DNA of 23,841 nucleotides from Thecamonas trahens ATCC 50062 (GCF_000142905.1 NW_013657666.1:102468-126308); one strand, 5' to 3'; positions 9,671 through 18,915 are shown, counted from the first letter of the stretch. Translations and numbers: made by a program. The notes: generated by a model from the sequence alone, not told the origin.

Positions 9671-11335
9671 CTACAAGAGGAGCTCTTCCGATGTGGTCTT
9701 GCGCATGCTGCCACGCTCACCAGAGCGCTTGGCGACGGAAAGAACCCGCTCGGCGCGCATGGTGCGGAGCAGCGATGGCTGCTGCAGTTCATCGGGCGGG
9801 GGAGCGAGGTCTGCGGTGGACGACTTGCGCGACCAGGAGGGCGAGACACGGGCACGCGGGCGGAAAGCAGCCTTGCGGACGGCGAGGTCGATTTCGGCGT
9901 GAAGCGCTTCATGGATGACCGGGAACGGTGTGTTGAGATCCCAGCTCCGCTTCCCTGTGACCGGCAGCGGCGCGGCCGCAGCGGCCGACGGCGGCGACGA
10001 CGCGGTGTGTTGTGCTGGTGCGAGGCCGAGTGGAGCCTGCGCGAGGGCGGCACCGTTGCTGGCGATGCGAAGTGAGTGGGTGACGGAAGCTGACGACGGC
10101 GCGAGCGGCTTGGCAAAGGCCGGCAGAGAGTGCGGCGGCGGCGGGACGGCGATGCGGGCGTCGAGGTCCGAGACGAGCGGGAGGATGCCAGCCGAGACAA
10201 GCGCCGAGTGCTTGTGGGCGCGGACGGTCTTTGCGGTGGCCAGGAGCGAGGCATACGTCTCGCGGAGCGCTGGGAGGACGACGCCAGGTGGCTCTTGCGG
10301 GTGGAGATCAAAAAAGAGCGAGACCGAAAAGTTGCGCGGAAAATGGTGGTGCGACGAGTCCGCGTGAGGGCCCTCGAGCTTGGCGGCCGGTAGGGCGACG
10401 ACGGCCGAGTCGACAAACGCGGCATGAAGGGTGGCTCGGAACATCTCAACGCCGTCGTCTTCGACAGAGCGAGTCGACCCGCCGCGATTGCGGACGTGGA
10501 AGGCGCGGATGAGAAAGTCAGACGCGACAACAGTGTCGACGTCAAAGACCAGCGCAGGCACTTGGCCGGCGTCAAAGTACGGTACCACGCCGTTGAACTG
10601 CATGCGCCACTGCGAGGAGAAGAGGAGCTTGGGCGGATGCGCAGCCGCCGAGTACACGTTGACCACTGGCCGGCAGCCACCGAGCTCGCGGCCGTCGGCC
10701 GCCACCCGAGACGCAAAGGTCGGCACGCCGTGGAGGACGATCTTGCGGAGCCGTCGGGCAATGCCCGGGTCCGGCACCACCGACTTGGCCATGGCCGTGT
10801 CAAAGTACTCGACATACCGCCGCTGCGACGGCTTGGTCACGCCCTGGCGCGTTGCAGAGCGCCTGCGCGCAAAGACGCCGAGCGCCTCGGCTGCAGACCG
10901 AGCCTCCTGGGTCAGGGTCAGATACGAGGCAATGACCGTGCCTGTCCGCCCGCGCCCGGCAAGGCAGTGGACAACGGCCACGTGATGAACGGCAGCAACC
11001 AGATGGCTATGCACAGCATGGACGGCAGAGAGCAGTCGCTCCATCGGCGGCGGATAGTGGTCGGGAAACGGCAGCGCGACGACAGCGAGCGCATGGGGAA
11101 AGTCAGCCGAAGAACGCTCACAGACGTTGAGAACAAGGACAGCATTGGGGTGGTAGGCTTCGAGCATGGCCGAGACATCAGCCACCGCATTCCGATACAA
11201 AGACTCGACACCTGATGACGGATATCCCATAGCAATGATCCTCCGTGTGATGTACGTCAGATCGAGGTCGTACTTCCCGTCGGCGTACCGCACCTTGTCC
11301 TGCGACACGAGCGACTGCATCTTCCTCCGGAACAT
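9671..11335 (-). CDS. PTEN/tensin-family phosphatase with C2 domain and low-complexity C-terminal tail
   Basis: N-terminus LVSQDKVRY..DLDLTYITRRIIAMGYP..ESLYRN; WPD-type loop FPDHYPPP; P-loop HCLAGRGRTG; TI-loop GVTKPSQRRYVEYF; tensin-type C2 motifs EMFRATLHAAFV and FPRNFSVSLFF. ATG at 11335 (MFRRKMQ). Confidence 0.9.
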   Translation of the reverse strand: MFRRKMQSLVSQDKVRYADGKYDLDLTYITRRIIAMGYPSSGVESLYRNAVADVSAMLEAYHPNAVLVLNVCERSSADFPHALAVVALPFPDHYPPPMERLLSAVHAVHSHLVAAVHHVAVVHCLAGRGRTGTVIASYLTLTQEARSAAEALGVFARRRSATRQGVTKPSQRRYVEYFDTAMAKSVVPDPGIARRLRKIVLHGVPTFASRVAADGRELGGCRPVVNVYSAAAHPPKLLFSSQWRMQFNGVVPYFDAGQVPALVFDVDTVVASDFLIRAFHVRNRGGSTRSVEDDGVEMFRATLHAAFVDSAVVALPAAKLEGPHADSSHHHFPRNFSVSLFFDLHPQEPPGVVLPALRETYASLLATAKTVRAHKHSALVSAGILPLVSDLDARIAVPPPPHSLPAFAKPLAPSSASVTHSLRIASNGAALAQAPLGLAPAQHTASSPPSAAAAAPLPVTGKRSWDLNTPFPVIHEALHAEIDLAVRKAAFRPRARVSPSWSRKSSTADLAPPPDELQQPSLLRTMRAERVLSVAKRSGERGSMRKTTSEELLL

Positions 11336-11629
11336 GCTTGCCTCCTCACACACACGCCACACACCCTCTCCCTAACCTGTGCACGACCCGGTCGTTTCCC
11401 CACGTCGAGTGTGTGCCAATGTGTGTGAGCGAGGGTGCGGGGTGTGGGGTGCGGTGGTGGGTGGAGGGGGGTGGGGTGGGGTGGGGGGGGGGGGGCGGTT
11501 GTTGGTCCTCCCTGCGTGGGCCTGTAACCAGTCACCAGGCGGCGCACACTTGGCGGATGGGAGGGGATTGGAAGGGGGTGGGGGGGGGGGAGGGTGGGTG
11601 GGTGGGTGGGGGTGGGGAGTATCCCTTAT

Positions 11630-11840
11630 CGGATGGTGATGGAGGTAGGGGTGGGGTCGTGGGAAGGGTTGTGGTAGGGGTGATGGCGGTGATGGGGTTG
11701 TGTGGGAGGGGTCGCAATGGCAGCGATGGCAGTGATGGGGTTGTGGGAGGGGTTGTGGGAGGGGTTGTGGGAGGGGTTGTGGTAGGGGTGATGGCGGTGA
11801 TGGGGTTGTGGGAGGGGTCGCGATGGCAGCGATGGCGGTG
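11630..11840. repeat. G-rich degenerate repeat: about 60-bp direct duplication flanking (GGGGTTGTGGGA)n, in the divergent PTEN-like/ICMT-like intergenic region
   Basis: gtggtaggggtgatggcggtgatggggttg...gtcgc.atggcagcgatggc occurs at about 11671 and again at about 11779, with 12-bp units between. Confidence 0.8.
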
Positions 11841-11985
11841 GGGCGGCGGCGTGTGGAGGAAGGGACAGGCTCGCGGTCGCAAGGACGGCGCCAGCAGCCA
11901 CCGCCCAGAGCAGCAGGATGAGAGAGAGAGCGGGACCGGGACAGGGACCGGGTGGGACACGTGACTGGCATTTGAAGAACAAGAC

Positions 11986-12838
11986 ATGCCTACCAAGCTC
12001 CGTCCTGCTCGTAGTAAGCCTGGTATTGTAACTGTCTTTCTGGAGTGGCTCTTCTCCCATGGTGCCCTCTCAGGCATGGCCGTCGTCCTCGCCGTCGGCT
12101 ACGCTGCCACCCTCGCTGCGCCCATCCTGCTGGCCTCGGCTGCTGCTCCTCGACTGGTGTACGAACAAGGGGGGGGGGGGGGTTACATGATGATGGTGAT
12201 GCTAATGCCGATAGTGAGTAGATGGCTGGCGTGTGCGGGTAATCCTTGTCCAGAACGTGCGGCGTGTGCGCGTTGGCGATGGCCTGGGCGTCGTCGGCAT
12301 GCCCATAGACACCACCCAAACTCACCATCTTCCCAGGACCTCGACCTCGCACGCGGTGATCAACAAGGCCTGCTCGGCCGCCATCCTGATCCTGCTCATT
12401 GCCCAGTATGCTGGCATGCTGCCGTCGCCGCTGGAGGTCTTTGTGGTCGGCGAGTTGTTCATGGGACCCATTCGTGCCATGTGCGCTGCCTTTGCCACCG
12501 GCGGCCTCGCCGTGTACATCTGGGCCATGCTCATGCGCCTCGGCCTCCTTGTCCCGACCTCGTTCAAGACCACCGAGGACAAGACTGTCCTCATTATGTC
12601 TGGGCCCTTTGATATTGTCCGCTACCCGCACCTCTCGGCCGTCATCGTCATCGAGTTTTGCCTTGGCGTCGTCTCAACCAACCTGATGGTCCTTGTCATT
12701 GCTCTCGCCTCGGCCGTCGTCGCAAACTACCGCGTCGCCGCCGAGGACTCCATCTATGGCCGCCTCTTCAAGCGCGACATGATCAGCTACAAGTCGCGCC
12801 AGATTGGCGTCCTCATCCCCATCATTGAGATCGAGTAA
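11986..12838 (+). CDS. ICMT/PEMT-family (Ste14-like) integral membrane methyltransferase-like protein, probably with one intron ending at CAG 12253
   Basis: C-terminal family-like motifs LIMSGPFDIVRYPH, RVAAEDSIYGRLF..Y and LIPII; several hydrophobic helices. The frame change from the 11986 ORF to the 12233 ORF is resolved by a phase-0 intron from GT 12157 or GTGAGT 12214 to TTGTCCAG 12253. Confidence 0.7.
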
Positions 12839-12847
12839 CATCCTCTG

Positions 12848-14119
12848 TCATAATACAAGACGCACATCGTCGCCGAGCCACTGCGCGAGCAGCTCGCGTG
12901 TCCCCGGCTTCATCACCGGCTCCAGCCCGCACATGATCAGCATCCGGAACCGCCTGTTCTCCAGCGCATGCATCGCCAGAGTTAGCGGCGTCTCGGCCCG
13001 CGCCGCTGCTTCAACCTCGGACACATCAAGCACCTCGAGCCGGCACAGCGTTTGCAGCGCTGCCGCCAGACCTACCTCGGTCACCCGCGTCTGCGACACA
13101 TCCAGCCGCACCAGGCTCGTCGAGAGCACCGGCGAGTCACACACGTTCCACAACGCCTCGTCACAGATTCCGCTCCCGCCCGCCAGAGAGAGACTCTCAA
13201 GCGCCAATCCTGACTGCGCAAGCGCCTCTGTGCCCTCGCTGTCCACCCCGTACGCGTACGCCAGCGTCAGCGCCCGCAGCCGCGGCGCGCCCGCCACTAC
13301 CGCAGCCAGCCCGGCATTCCCCACGTGCATCGCAAACCAAATATGCAGCGCCGTGAGGTTTGCAAAGCACGAGCCCGGCATCCGCGCCAGCGCCGCGAGC
13401 GTGTGGTCCGAAAAGTTGGCCCACACCCGATCGCGGAGGCCAAACCCGATCGCCGTCGCCGCCGGAAAAGCCGCCATCACGCCCGCAACTTCTGCTCGCG
13501 ACTCGGCCTTGAGCGGGAGACCGTACACCTCGATCTGCCGCACATACTGGAAGCTTACCCCGCGAAGTCGCGCCGGAACTACAAGCGCACCACCGTCTGC
13601 GCCTACACTCACCACCGAGTCAATGACCAGCGCCGTGACGCCGGCCGCCACGAGGCCAAACACCAACCTAGAGTCGAGCAACGCACCAAGCCATCCGCCA
13701 CGGACCACCACCCTTTGCAAACACGCACTCGCCTTGGCCAGCTGCAGCAGCAATTCTGCACACGCCCGCGAGGCCACCCATGACTCGAGCGGCGCCGCCA
13801 CCGCATCGATCTCCAGTGCCTCCAGCCGCGGGAACCGCGCCACCGCCGCCATCGCCGCCGCCACCTCGTCGGCCTCGTCTTCGCCGATCCGGATCACCAC
13901 CACCCGCCACTGTCGCGCTCGCGCCGCCATCGCCGGATGTGCCAGCGCACCCACCGCCCCCGCCCGCCCGCCCCCGCCCACCACAAGCACCTCGGCTTCG
14001 GCCACCGCTGCTCGCCCTGCCCGACAGCTCGCCGCCACCGCCGCCAGCTCGCGCGCCTCCAGCATCTCCACCACACGCCGCGTCGCCGCCTCGGGCAAAG
14101 GCCATCCGCTCGTCGCCAT
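12848..14119 (-). CDS. Divergent F-box/LRR (FBXL, RNI-like) protein; in-frame upstream ATGs at 14239 and 14254 are also possible starts
   Basis: F-box-like LPEAATRRVVEMLEARELAAVAASCRAGR; cysteine-containing-type LRRs PRLRALTLAYAYGVDSEG, LESLSLAGGSGICDEAL, SLVRLDVSQTRVTEVGL and RLEVLDVS. Confidence 0.75.
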   Translation of the reverse strand: MATSGWPLPEAATRRVVEMLEARELAAVAASCRAGRAAVAEAEVLVVGGGGRAGAVGALAHPAMAARARQWRVVVIRIGEDEADEVAAAMAAVARFPRLEALEIDAVAAPLESWVASRACAELLLQLAKASACLQRVVVRGGWLGALLDSRLVFGLVAAGVTALVIDSVVSVGADGGALVVPARLRGVSFQYVRQIEVYGLPLKAESRAEVAGVMAAFPAATAIGFGLRDRVWANFSDHTLAALARMPGSCFANLTALHIWFAMHVGNAGLAAVVAGAPRLRALTLAYAYGVDSEGTEALAQSGLALESLSLAGGSGICDEALWNVCDSPVLSTSLVRLDVSQTRVTEVGLAAALQTLCRLEVLDVSEVEAAARAETPLTLAMHALENRRFRMLIMCGLEPVMKPGTRELLAQWLGDDVRLVL

Positions 14120-14345
14120 ACCCACCACTTTGGCCAACGCCTGCACCCGACCTGGTCCCGACCTCACAGAGAGTGGGAGCGACAAGTTGCCCACGGCGAC
14201 GTGACTCCGACCCGACCCCAATGACAGCTCAGCCTCCATTCCGTTCCATACCATGTTAACCCTTATCGGTTTGGTCGTTGAGCCACCCCATTTTTTTTGG
14301 TGTCCACAGAACACCCCCACCCCCCACATTCCGGACCGACTCGGT

Positions 14346-14537
14346 NNNNNNNNNNNNNNNNNNNNNNNNNNNNNNNNNNNNNNNNNNNNNNNNNNNNNNN
14401 NNNNNNNNNNNNNNNNNNNNNNNNNNNNNNNNNNNNNNNNNNNNNNNNNNNNNNNNNNNNNNNNNNNNNNNNNNNNNNNNNNNNNNNNNNNNNNNNNNNN
14501 NNNNNNNNNNNNNNNNNNNNNNNNNNNNNNNNNNNNN
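14346..14537. other. Assembly gap (192 N)
   Basis: Run of N. Confidence 1.
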
Positions 14538-14618
14538 TATATTATGGCTAACCCCCCCCCCCCCCCCCTACCTACCCCCCACTCTACCACCCACCCCCTT
14601 ACCCCCCCTCCCCTCACC

Positions 14619-15896
14619 ATGGCAGAGGCTGCCAGCCAGCTGAAGGCCATGTTCCCCGACATGCCCGACGAGACGCTGCAGCTGGTCCTCGACTCGACAG
14701 GTGGTGACGTCCACGCCGCCCTCAACACCCTCCTCGCCATGCATGCTGAAGACATGTCAGGGGATGAACTCTCTGATTCTCATCCAGACGCATGTGCTGC
14801 CTCGCTCAATGAGACCGTCCTCGCCACCACGCCCACTGCAGGCTCGCTGCTGCCCTCTGCTACTGGTCCCGCTGCGCATCTCGTTCGCACACAATCGCTC
14901 GCTGCCTCGACGACTTCGCTCGAGTGCAATGCGCAGCAATCGGTGTGGGACGATGATGGCGATGCTGACGAGGACGAAGACGGCGGAACAAGCGAGTCGG
15001 TTCCCGGCCTCGGTGTCTCGGTCAAAGGCCTCAGCGGAAGCCACAGCATTGTGCGGGGGATCGTGAGCGATTGGTCTGTCCTGCCGCTAGATGATGCCGC
15101 CGGTGCTCAAGTATCTGCGCTGTATGCCGAGGCCGAGGTCATGGCCGGCCTTGCGCCTGCCGAGCTGGCTGCACGGCTGAGCGAGGAGCGGGCTCGCGAA
15201 AAGGCCCAGATGGAGGAGCGCGACGCTCTCATCGCCCGGCGGTTGTACGCGCTGGAGCTGGGAGAGCAGGGTGTGAGTGGTGAGGCAAACGACGCGTCGT
15301 CAGTCGTCGAGCTCCACTCGATGCTGGTCAACAATCCAGACATGGTCGAGCGATTCAAGGCTGCGCTCGTCCCGCTCATCCGTGAGCGCATCGAGGGCGT
15401 CGTCCTCTCACCGTTGCACGGCTCTACCCAATCGGGTGCCATCGAGTACACCATTGAGGCCTCGCGTGTTGCATCCTTGGAGCTCGACACCGAAAAGGTC
15501 ACCGTCATTGTCGCAGACGTCATCGTGGTCATGGTCGAGGAAATGGCCCTCGTTCTCGAGCCTGCCCCCTGGTCGTACACCAAGCACTCGCGCCCCACCT
15601 TTTCGTCGTCAGGCACCGTCCAGCCCAAGCTGTACAAAACCCAGCTCAATGCCACCATGCGCTTTGGCATTGATCGCCATGGCGCTCCCGCCCTCTTCAC
15701 CACCCTCCCCACCTCGGTCAAGGTCAACAAGCTCAAGCTCAAGATCCAGGGCACATGGGCCAAACTCCTCTACTCGGCTCTCATTGCGCTTTTTAAGAAG
15801 CGGCTCTGCTCAGAGATCGAGTCCTCTATGGGCCTCGCCCTCGACGATGCCATCAACAACGAGTCGGCCTCCATGCTCGCCGCCGGCCTGGTTTAG
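14619..15896 (+). CDS. CUE-domain protein with MIU-like helix and C-terminal BPI/LBP (TULIP)-like domain
   Basis: CUE LKAMFPDMPDETLQLVLDSTGGDVHAALNTLL (MFP and LL motifs); MIU-like QMEERDALIARRLYALE; C-terminal about 170 aa of long beta strands (WSYTKHSRPTFSSSGTV, VKVNKLKLKIQGTWAKLLYSALIALFKKRLCSEIE) resembling BPI-type folds. No signal peptide. An upstream exon in the gap cannot be excluded. Confidence 0.75.
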   Translation: MAEAASQLKAMFPDMPDETLQLVLDSTGGDVHAALNTLLAMHAEDMSGDELSDSHPDACAASLNETVLATTPTAGSLLPSATGPAAHLVRTQSLAASTTSLECNAQQSVWDDDGDADEDEDGGTSESVPGLGVSVKGLSGSHSIVRGIVSDWSVLPLDDAAGAQVSALYAEAEVMAGLAPAELAARLSEERAREKAQMEERDALIARRLYALELGEQGVSGEANDASSVVELHSMLVNNPDMVERFKAALVPLIRERIEGVVLSPLHGSTQSGAIEYTIEASRVASLELDTEKVTVIVADVIVVMVEEMALVLEPAPWSYTKHSRPTFSSSGTVQPKLYKTQLNATMRFGIDRHGAPALFTTLPTSVKVNKLKLKIQGTWAKLLYSALIALFKKRLCSEIESSMGLALDDAINNESASMLAAGLV

Positions 15897-15972
15897 CTGC
15901 TGCGCCGATGCCGCGCCGATTGGCCGGCGCGTGGAAGGACACGGCTACATGTGCTGGTGACGTGTGCAACAG

Positions 15973-17856
15973 TTAACTGCCCCGTGGAGTCGCCGGCGCC
16001 GATGCCGACAGCACCGCCGCCGCCGTCGCCGAGTTGATCTCGCGCCGCAGAGCCTGGACCAGCGCCTCGAGCTCGCGCTCAATCCGGGTCGACGCCTCGA
16101 GCCGATCCAACTTTTCCCACGCCGTCCGCTGTCCGCGGTCGATGGCATTGGATATGAGGTCCTGCGTCGGATTGGAGATGACGTACAGGTAGTCGGAGAG
16201 TCCAAGCTGAGGGATAAAGGTGATGTGACCCTTGTACGTCTGCTCCAGCAGCGGAATAACCTGGGCAAGGACCGCAGGAAGGAGCCGCAGCCGCGCGAGC
16301 TGCGACAGCCGGTGCCGGACCTCGGATGTGACCACGTAGCCGAGGGCCGCCAGGAACCGCGACGGCAGCCGCGTCGTGCGCAGCCGCGGTGCAGAGAGGA
16401 ACGGGACCACATGCGGATTGACCTGCGAGACAATGAACGAATTGACGTTGAACAGCTCCGAGAGCCGCGCCATTGGCAAGTCGTGGTAGATCGAGCCGTC
16501 CATCCACAGCTCGCCCGACGGCTCCCACGGCATTGTCTGTCCGTCGGGCGAGACTTCCACAATCTCCACTGGCGCGTACACATATGGGATAGCACATGAG
16601 GCTAGCGCGGCCGACCAGATCAGCACCGACGGCGCAGACAGGTAGTTGAGCAGCCGCGATCGGTGCTTTGTCTGCGTCGACGAGACCGTGATGTTGAGGA
16701 TCCTTCCCGTCCGCCGGTACGCCTCTACAAACGTGACATCGCCGATGTTGTCGCGGAGGCACGCCTCAAGCTTGGTGATGTCCATCAGCACGCCCTGCGT
16801 CACCAGCCGCTTGATCTTGCGGAACGTGCCACCGGGGCCGAGCGAGTCGAACGCGTTGAGGTTGATGGCGTGCGGGAGAAAGAGGCCCGGCAGCTCGTCG
16901 TCGGTCCGCACTGCCACCATAGCCGCCACCAGAGCGCCTGCTGATGAGCCCGAGATGACTCGCGGAAGAAGCTGTGCCTCAAACAGCGTCTTGATGATGC
17001 CCAGATGGTACATGCCGTTCGAGGCCCCACCCGAGAGCAGCAGTGACGACCGGCCGTACGATTGCCTGACCTCGTAGAAAAAGTTGAACTTGTCCTGATG
17101 GCTGGCGAAGGGATTGCCGCGCGCCTTCCGGTCTGCAAGCCCCCGCCCCACACCAATACTCTCCAAGTCGGTGTCTTCGCCGAACGATGCCAGTTCTCCG
17201 GGCGCTAGCCCGCCGTGCAGTACGGTCGAGAGCGCAAAGTTGGAGATCGACGACGTGATGACACCGCCGGTCGGTAGGGCGAGCCCACCAGCCAACGGGA
17301 AGCTTGCCATGGCAACGCTGCCATCGCCAGCGCTGGCATCGGCTGCCTCAGCCAGCGCGACTGGGCTTTCAGGCTTGATGACGGCCAGGGCGCGGAGGCC
17401 GGCAACGACCTCGCGGACGTAGGCCTCGACCACTCGCTTTGTCCCGACATAGGTGTGTGCATAGAGCTGCGGATTGCCTATTCCGCCCACGTTGCGGAGA
17501 GTGCCCTTGCGGAGGAGCGAGACGAGGGCCATCCAATCGCCATCGGCCCGAGCCTGGGCGAGGGCGGCGGTCCGCTTGGCCACACCGGGCGCATCGTACA
17601 GAGTGTCATCGCCATCGTCCTTCTTCCACGCCTCCCTTCCTGTCAGCCGATCGAGCTCGCGGGCAAGCAGGGCATACTCACCGTAGTTCCTCGCCTCGTC
17701 CAGCAGCGAGAGCAGATCACGGACTCTTCGAGAGAGCCACACCGCCTTGACGGCAGCCAGGACGGCCGACTCGACCAGAGCCAGCAGTCCAAAGACGACC
17801 GAGGCGACCAGCGTCACCACGCCCACCACCACCGCAACCACTCTGCCCACCACCAT
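15973..17856 (-). CDS. Patatin-like triacylglycerol lipase, Tgl3/4/5-SDP1 family, with N-terminal hydrophobic segment and DUF3336-like region
   Basis: LLLSGGASNGMYHLG oxyanion loop; ISGSSAG nucleophile; TFVEAYRRTGRILNITV; LLNYLSAPSVLIWSA; WMDGSIYHDLP catalytic Asp; FNVNSFIVSQVNPHVVPF; N-terminal RNVGGIGNPQLY..TYVGTK. Confidence 0.93.
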   Translation of the reverse strand: MVVGRVVAVVVGVVTLVASVVFGLLALVESAVLAAVKAVWLSRRVRDLLSLLDEARNYGEYALLARELDRLTGREAWKKDDGDDTLYDAPGVAKRTAALAQARADGDWMALVSLLRKGTLRNVGGIGNPQLYAHTYVGTKRVVEAYVREVVAGLRALAVIKPESPVALAEAADASAGDGSVAMASFPLAGGLALPTGGVITSSISNFALSTVLHGGLAPGELASFGEDTDLESIGVGRGLADRKARGNPFASHQDKFNFFYEVRQSYGRSSLLLSGGASNGMYHLGIIKTLFEAQLLPRVISGSSAGALVAAMVAVRTDDELPGLFLPHAINLNAFDSLGPGGTFRKIKRLVTQGVLMDITKLEACLRDNIGDVTFVEAYRRTGRILNITVSSTQTKHRSRLLNYLSAPSVLIWSAALASCAIPYVYAPVEIVEVSPDGQTMPWEPSGELWMDGSIYHDLPMARLSELFNVNSFIVSQVNPHVVPFLSAPRLRTTRLPSRFLAALGYVVTSEVRHRLSQLARLRLLPAVLAQVIPLLEQTYKGHITFIPQLGLSDYLYVISNPTQDLISNAIDRGQRTAWEKLDRLEASTRIERELEALVQALRREINSATAAAVLSASAPATPRGS

Positions 17857-17960
17857 CCGAGCGATAGCCGACTTTTGAGTGAGAAAGAGACGTGGTGGCG
17901 TTACCGGTGGCGTTGGTGGTGGTGGGTGGCGGTGGCGGGCTGTGGCGTGTCGGGTGAGTG

Positions 17961-17992
17961 CGGGCGGGCGGGCGGGCGGGCGGGCGGGCGGG
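17961..17992. repeat. (CGGG)n microsatellite running into gap
   Basis: About 8 copies directly visible. Confidence 0.9.
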
Positions 17993-18092
17993 NNNNNNNN
18001 NNNNNNNNNNNNNNNNNNNNNNNNNNNNNNNNNNNNNNNNNNNNNNNNNNNNNNNNNNNNNNNNNNNNNNNNNNNNNNNNNNNNNNNNNNNN
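17993..18092. other. Assembly gap (100 N)
   Basis: Run of N flanked by low-complexity sequence. Confidence 1.
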
Positions 18093-18190
18093 CCCCCCCC
18101 CCCCCCCCCCGAATCCGTTGGCTCACTCAAAGGCGCTGGCGTCGGCCACAGGCACAGCCATAGCCGCAGCCACACCCAACTCTCAATCTC

Positions 18191-18898
18191 ATGGCGGTGG
18201 ACGACAACGAGCTGGCGAGAGCGGGGTGGGACACAGCGGACGAGATGCGGGTGGGTGCCTGGTGCCTGGTCGACGAGCTGCATCCAGGCACCGTCGCCTT
18301 TGTGGGCTCCATCGTGGAGGCCGAGGGGACATGGGTTGGCGTCACGCTCGATGCTCCGCTCGGCGATCTGGTCCAAGGGCCGATTCGGTACTTTGCATTC
18401 AAGAAAGGCTATGGCATGATGGTCCACCCGGCCCGTGTCCGCATTGTGCCCAAGCCCATGTCGCAGAGCGCGCGCGCCGAGCTCGAGCGTGAAGCCCGTG
18501 CAGCGGCTGCCCGCCGCCGTCGCCTCCGTCGACGGTCATCGCGCTCGCCACCACCATCATCGCCCGCCCTCAAGCTCGACTCGCAGGAGGCCATGCACGA
18601 TCTGGTCGAGGCAGAGAAGGTGGCCAAGCTCGCCCGCCGCGCCCGCCTCCGCTTCCCCATCGGGACCCGCGTCGTGGTCAACGGCACCCATTCGGGTGAG
18701 GTCTGCTTTATCGGTGCCACAGAGTTTGCCCACGGCCTCTGGTTCGGCATCCACCTGGACGAGCCCGGAGAGGGCAACTGTGACGGCTCGATCAATGGCG
18801 TTGACTACTTTGACTCGGAGCCCGACACCGCCGTCTTTGTCCGCAAGGCTGCGCTCGTCCGCATTGCCTCCGCCCCGCTCCGCCGCACCGTCGTGTGA
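18191..18898 (+). CDS. Small protein with two CAP-Gly domains
   Basis: Domain 1 GTVAFVG...GTWVGVTLDAPLG...RYF.FKKGYGMMV. Domain 2 IGTRVVV...GEVCFIGATEFAHGLWFGIHLDEPGEGNCDGSINGVDYF...AVFVR. Arg-rich linker. Confidence 0.85.
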   Translation: MAVDDNELARAGWDTADEMRVGAWCLVDELHPGTVAFVGSIVEAEGTWVGVTLDAPLGDLVQGPIRYFAFKKGYGMMVHPARVRIVPKPMSQSARAELEREARAAAARRRRLRRRSSRSPPPSSPALKLDSQEAMHDLVEAEKVAKLARRARLRFPIGTRVVVNGTHSGEVCFIGATEFAHGLWFGIHLDEPGEGNCDGSINGVDYFDSEPDTAVFVRKAALVRIASAPLRRTVV

Positions 18899-18915
18899 CG
18901 CCCATCCGTGGCGCT

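Noticed and set aside
11338-12077. Gly/Val-rich and Pro/Thr-rich ORFs in the divergent intergenic region
   Set aside because: Low-complexity G-rich repeat sequence with no coding signal.
14120-14755. N-terminal extensions of ORFs running through the N gap (also 17857-18126 at the second gap)
   Set aside because: Artefacts of translating Ns; plausible ATGs exist next to the first domains.
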